DNA of 32,000 nt, taken from NCBI RefSeq assembly GCF_003324675.1, contig NZ_CP030918.1:1230001-1262000 (forward strand), written 5' to 3'. The notes beneath the pieces are model-generated. The model did not search any database and had not been told where the DNA came from. It saw only the letters and a list, made by a program, of their open reading frames with translations. The position numbers were made by a program, and so were the translations under genes. Origin of the DNA: Paracoccus suum (lineage in GTDB: Bacteria; Pseudomonadota; Alphaproteobacteria; Rhodobacterales; Rhodobacteraceae). The stretch's first letter is position 1. Every line of letters begins with the position of its first letter. Positions 28,517 through 32,000 of this stretch are shown here, in pieces.

Positions 28517-28712
28517 ACCCAAGTCGCCGCCAGCTGCCGCGTGAGTAGCTGCAGGATCGTCCTGCCGTGGCCCGACACCTCATCCGGTTCCCGTCTTCAC
28601 GCGTGGGTTCCAGCGGGTCCTGACCTTCCCGCTTGCCTATGCAGCCGTCCGCCTTTGCGGACCGGCCCAGCCTCGCGCCCGTCAGGTGGCGCCGGGCACG
28701 ACGGAGACTGAC

Positions 28713-30104
28713 ATGACCACGACGACCACCAATGCCCCGGCCCGCCACGCTGACGCCGGCAAGCCCGCCCGTCCGCCCCGCGGCCGTCGCGGCGGCACCT
28801 ATACTGGCCCCAAGACCGAGAACATCGGCCGCCGGGCGCCCCCCCGCGATCCGCTGGCCGAAGGCCCGTTCTTCGACATGGGGATCGATCCGCGCATCTG
28901 CGCCAACCTGCCCGCCATGGGCCTGAACCAGCCGACCCCGATCCAGTCCGAGGCGATCCCCGCGATCGTCGCCGGCCGTGACCTGCTGGGCCTCGCCCAG
29001 ACCGGCACCGGCAAGACAGCGGCCTTCAGCCTGCCGATGCTGACCCGCCTGCTGGCCGTCGGCAAACGCCCCGAGCCGCGCTGCTGCCACGCCCTGATCC
29101 TCGCCCCGACGCGCGAGCTTGCGACCCAGATCGCGGCCAATGTCGACAGCTATGCCGAAGGCACGCCGATTCGCAGCTTTCGCGTTGTCGGCGGCGCCTC
29201 GATCAACGTCCAGATCGAGCGTCTGTCGCGCGGCGTCGATGTCCTGATCGCCACCCCCGGCCGCCTGATCGACCTGATCGAGCGCGGCGCCGTTGACCTG
29301 ACCCGCACCACCTACCTGGTGCTGGACGAGGCCGACCAGATGCTGGACATCGGGTTTATCCATGCTCTGCGCCGGATCGCCCGCCTGCTGCCCAAGTCCC
29401 GTCAGACGATGCTGTTCTCCGCCACCATGCCCAAGCTGATGTCCGAGCTTGCCGACAGCTACCTGTCCGAGCCGGTGCGCGTCGCCGTGAACCCGCCGGG
29501 CAAGCCCGCCGACAAGATCGCGCAAGGCGTGCACTTCGTGAACCAGGGCGACAAGGCGACGCTGCTGGCGGAATACCTGCGCAAGCACGCGGGCGAGCTG
29601 GCGATCGTCTTTGGCCGCACCAAGCATGGCAGCGAAAAGCTGGCCACGCTGCTTGGCAAGTGGGGCTTCTCGGTCGCCGCGATCCACGGCAACAAGAGCC
29701 AGGGTCAGCGCGAGCGTGCCCTGGCCGGGTTCCGCGCGGGCCAGACCCAGGTCCTGGTCGCGACCGACGTCGCCGCGCGCGGCCTCGACATCCCCGAAGT
29801 GGCGCATGTCTACAACTTTGACCTGCCCGACGTCGCGGAAAACTATGTCCACCGCATCGGCCGCACTGCGCGCGCCGGTCGCGACGGTCGCGCCGTCGCC
29901 TTCTGCGCCCCGGACGAGGCCGGCGCGCTGCGCGACATCGAAAAGGCCATCAAGGCCGACATCCCGGTGATCGGCGGCGAACCCCCGCTGCGCCCGGTGC
30001 CGCAGCGCGCGCGCGGTGGCGGCAAGCCGGCGGGCCTCGACGGCGGTCACAAGCGGCCGGCGCGGCGCCCCTCGCGTCAGCCCCGCGCACAACAGCGCGG
30101 CTGA
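28713..30104 (+). CDS. rhlE: DEAD-box ATP-dependent RNA helicase (RhlE-like) with a basic C-terminal tail
   Basis: Q-motif region TPIQSEAIP, motif I AQTGTGKT, motif II VLDEAD, SAT, and motif VI HRIGRTARAG. The C-terminus is Arg/Gly/Pro-rich. The start is ATG 28713, or GTG 28686. Confidence 0.92.
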   Translation: MTTTTTNAPARHADAGKPARPPRGRRGGTYTGPKTENIGRRAPPRDPLAEGPFFDMGIDPRICANLPAMGLNQPTPIQSEAIPAIVAGRDLLGLAQTGTGKTAAFSLPMLTRLLAVGKRPEPRCCHALILAPTRELATQIAANVDSYAEGTPIRSFRVVGGASINVQIERLSRGVDVLIATPGRLIDLIERGAVDLTRTTYLVLDEADQMLDIGFIHALRRIARLLPKSRQTMLFSATMPKLMSELADSYLSEPVRVAVNPPGKPADKIAQGVHFVNQGDKATLLAEYLRKHAGELAIVFGRTKHGSEKLATLLGKWGFSVAAIHGNKSQGQRERALAGFRAGQTQVLVATDVAARGLDIPEVAHVYNFDLPDVAENYVHRIGRTARAGRDGRAVAFCAPDEAGALRDIEKAIKADIPVIGGEPPLRPVPQRARGGGKPAGLDGGHKRPARRPSRQPRAQQRG

Positions 30105-30122
30105 GACGCCAGAACCAATGCG

Positions 30123-30151
30123 AAAGGGCGGCCCCACGGCCGCCCTTTTTT
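30123..30151 (+). terminator. Rho-independent terminator shared by the convergent helicase and glyoxalase genes
   Basis: aaa-gggcggcc-ccac-ggccgccc-tttttt: an 8-bp GC stem and 4-nt loop, with a T6 tail on the plus strand and a short T-run on the minus strand. Confidence 0.75.
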
Positions 30152-30171
30152 ACATCCGCCGCGGCCCCGGC

Positions 30172-30594
30172 TTACCAGTGGCCGGTGTTCGGCATGCTCG
30201 CCCAAGGCTCTTGCGGGGGCAGGTGGCCGTCCTGCAGCAATTCGACCGAAACATTGTCGGGGCTGCGCACAAAGGCCATGTGCCCGTCGCGCGGCGGGCG
30301 GTTGATCGTCACCCCGGCATCCATCAGCTTCTGGCAGAGGCCGTAAATATCGTCGGTGCGATAGGCGAGGTGGCCGAAATGCCGGCTGTCCGACGGCAGG
30401 CCATCGTCGCCATCCCAATTGTAGGTCAGCTCGACCGGCGCCTCGGGTTGGTCAGGCGGCGCCATGAACACCAGCGTAAAGCGGCCCTTTTCATTCTCCA
30501 TCCGCTGGATTTCCTCCAGCCCCAGCAGTTTGAAAAAGGCCATCGTCTTATCAAGGTCCAGCACCCGGACCATCGTGTGTTCGTAACGCAGCAT
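30172..30594 (-). CDS. gloA: Lactoylglutathione lyase / glyoxalase I (VOC superfamily)
   Basis: H-T-M-V-R-V at the N-terminus, ELTYNW, GHLAY and VELL, positioned as in my recollection of E. coli GloA. Confidence 0.78.
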   Translation of the reverse strand: MLRYEHTMVRVLDLDKTMAFFKLLGLEEIQRMENEKGRFTLVFMAPPDQPEAPVELTYNWDGDDGLPSDSRHFGHLAYRTDDIYGLCQKLMDAGVTINRPPRDGHMAFVRSPDNVSVELLQDGHLPPQEPWASMPNTGHW

Positions 30595-30737
30595 GGCTCA
30601 CCATCCCAGTTGCAGCCCAAGGGCCGGATAGGCGCAATGTCGCACGGAGCGGGGACGAGGGCCACCGCCCACAGCCCGTTGCGCGAATCCCCCGAAGCCG
30701 CCACAAGATGTGCCAACACCCCACGCCGGAGCCTGCC

Positions 30738-31643
30738 ATGACCCTAACCCCTGACCAGACCGCCGAAATCGACGCCGCCCGCGCGGCCGAATCGCGCACC
30801 CTGCGGCCGGTCAGCCCGGGGATGGAGGCGCGGCTCTATACCGCGCATCCGGTGCTCGATCACGGCTTCGTCCGGGTTATCGACTACATGGGCGACGATT
30901 CGGCCATCGTGCAGGCGGCGCGGGTCAGCTACGGCCGCGGCACGAAGAAGGTCAGCGACGATGCCGGGCTGATCGCCTACCTGATGCGGCACTGGCACTC
31001 GACCCCGTTCGAGATGTGCGAGGTCAAGTTCCACGTCAAGCTGCCGATCTTCGTCGCCCGCCAGTGGATCCGACACCGCACGGCAAATGTGAACGAGATC
31101 AGCGCCCGCTATTCGATTCTCGACCGCGAATTCTATATTCCCGCGCCCGAAAACCTCGCCGCGCAGTCCGCCTCGAACCGGCAGGGCCGGGGCGAGGCGC
31201 TGGAGGGGGACGAGGCGCAGCGCGTCCTAGACTGGCTGCGCGACGACGCGACGCGCGCCTATGACCATTACGAGGCGATGCTGGGGCAGGAAGGGCAGCA
31301 GGGCCTCGCCCGCGAACTCGCCCGCATGAACCTGCCCGCGAATGTCTATACGCAATGGTACTGGAAGTGCGACCTGCACAACCTGTTCCATTTCCTGCGC
31401 CTGCGCGCCGACCCCCACGCGCAATTCGAGATCCGCGTCTATGCCGAGGCCATGGCCGAAATCACTGCCGACTGGGTGCCGCTCGCCTACGCCGCCTTCG
31501 AGGACTACCGCATGGGCGGCGCGCAATTGTCAGCGAAGGGCGTGAAGGTGCTGAAACGGCGCTTGCGCGGGGAGGTGGTCTCGCAGGAGGATAGCGGGAT
31601 GAGCAAGGGCGAGTGGCGGGAGTTTGAGGGGGTGTGGGGGTGA
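30738..31643 (+). CDS. thyX: FAD-dependent thymidylate synthase ThyX
   Basis: ThyX signature [15 protein letters not shown], and WHSTPFEM. The start is ATG 30738, or ATG 30708 in the same frame. Confidence 0.92.
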   Translation: MTLTPDQTAEIDAARAAESRTLRPVSPGMEARLYTAHPVLDHGFVRVIDYMGDDSAIVQAARVSYGRGTKKVSDDAGLIAYLMRHWHSTPFEMCEVKFHVKLPIFVARQWIRHRTANVNEISARYSILDREFYIPAPENLAAQSASNRQGRGEALEGDEAQRVLDWLRDDATRAYDHYEAMLGQEGQQGLARELARMNLPANVYTQWYWKCDLHNLFHFLRLRADPHAQFEIRVYAEAMAEITADWVPLAYAAFEDYRMGGAQLSAKGVKVLKRRLRGEVVSQEDSGMSKGEWREFEGVWG

Positions 31644-32000
31644 GGGAACTTGCACAGATCGAAAACTTCGGCGGAACCGACGCAGACGATGATCCACTTT
31701 TATTGGTCGCCTTTGAGGATCACCGCTCCTATATCGCAGTGCACGATCTGCGGCGATACGTCGTTTTAGGTCGCAAGGGATCAGGTAAGACCGCGATTTT
31801 CCGCAAGCTCTTAAACACGGATACCGGGAATGTTCTTGTGGAAGGCCACGTTTTTTCTGATTATCCGTGGCACCACCACGCTATGCAAAGATCGACAGGA
31901 GTCCCAGACGAGCTTTGCTATGTGTCGAGCTGGGAGTACCTCATAAATGTGTCGTTCGCAAAGATTTTATTGAATAGAGATGAGTCATATCCTTATGCGG
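31640..32000 (+). CDS. P-loop NTPase, N-terminal 120 aa only (runs off the window); low-GC, probably horizontally acquired
   Basis: It is absent from the ORF track because it has no in-window stop. My hand translation from GTG 31640 gives (M)[119 protein letters not shown], with no stops. The Walker A motif is GRKGSGKT. A gaggggg Shine-Dalgarno-like run lies upstream. The start overlaps the thyX stop (GTGA). An alternative GTG lies at 31634. Confidence 0.6.
   Translation, partial: MRELAQIENFGGTDADDDPLLLVAFEDHRSYIAVHDLRRYVVLGRKGSGKTAIFRKLLNTDTGNVLVEGHVFSDYPWHHHAMQRSTGVPDELCYVSSWEYLINVSFAKILLNRDESYPYA

Noticed and set aside
28515-30137. A 540-aa minus-strand ORF antisense to the DEAD-box helicase.
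   Set aside because: The plus-strand frame contains every DEAD-box motif in order. The antisense translation is low-complexity (G/A/R/D-rich).

Overview
High-GC window (hand-counted lines are about 68-70% G+C), with gene content typical of an alphaproteobacterial, Rhodobacteraceae-like core chromosome; the taxon is an inference. Nearly all of it is densely packed housekeeping and catabolic genes.

Gene order, left to right:
- 3' end of a sugar ABC importer (permease and MalK/UgpC-like ATPase).
- A translationally coupled MFS-GT4-GT29-like operon.
- A DUF808 membrane protein.
- cobS and cobT, split by a divergent FMN-reductase/hxlR pair.
- A large purine/ureide catabolism cluster: uraH-puuD, a LysR regulator, xdhABC-guaD, ureidoglycine aminohydrolase, and a puuE-uraD fusion.
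- A MarR regulator, sdhE, aspartate aminotransferase and a host-attachment-like protein.
- A small DUF1127-like protein divergent from a LysR regulator.
- bdhA, an orphan YejA-like solute-binding protein, and a CsbD-like acidic protein.
- A RhlE-like DEAD-box helicase, glyoxalase I and thyX.

I found no rRNA or tRNA genes, CRISPR arrays, IS elements or transposases.

Most unusual items:
1. G+C drops abruptly to about 40-53% exactly at the thyX stop codon. There a truncated P-loop NTPase gene starts and runs off the window. It looks like the edge of an acquired, possibly defence-type, island.
2. A 204-aa bacterial protein carries sialyl motifs L, S and VS of eukaryotic-type GT29 sialyltransferases. 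It is coupled to a GT4 glycosyltransferase and an MFS transporter.
3. A canonical intrinsic terminator and an upstream stem-loop lie on the minus strand in the bdhA/yejA-like divergent region. This is either a candidate sRNA or a bdhA leader attenuator.

The many long ORFs antisense to these genes are GC-driven shadow ORFs.
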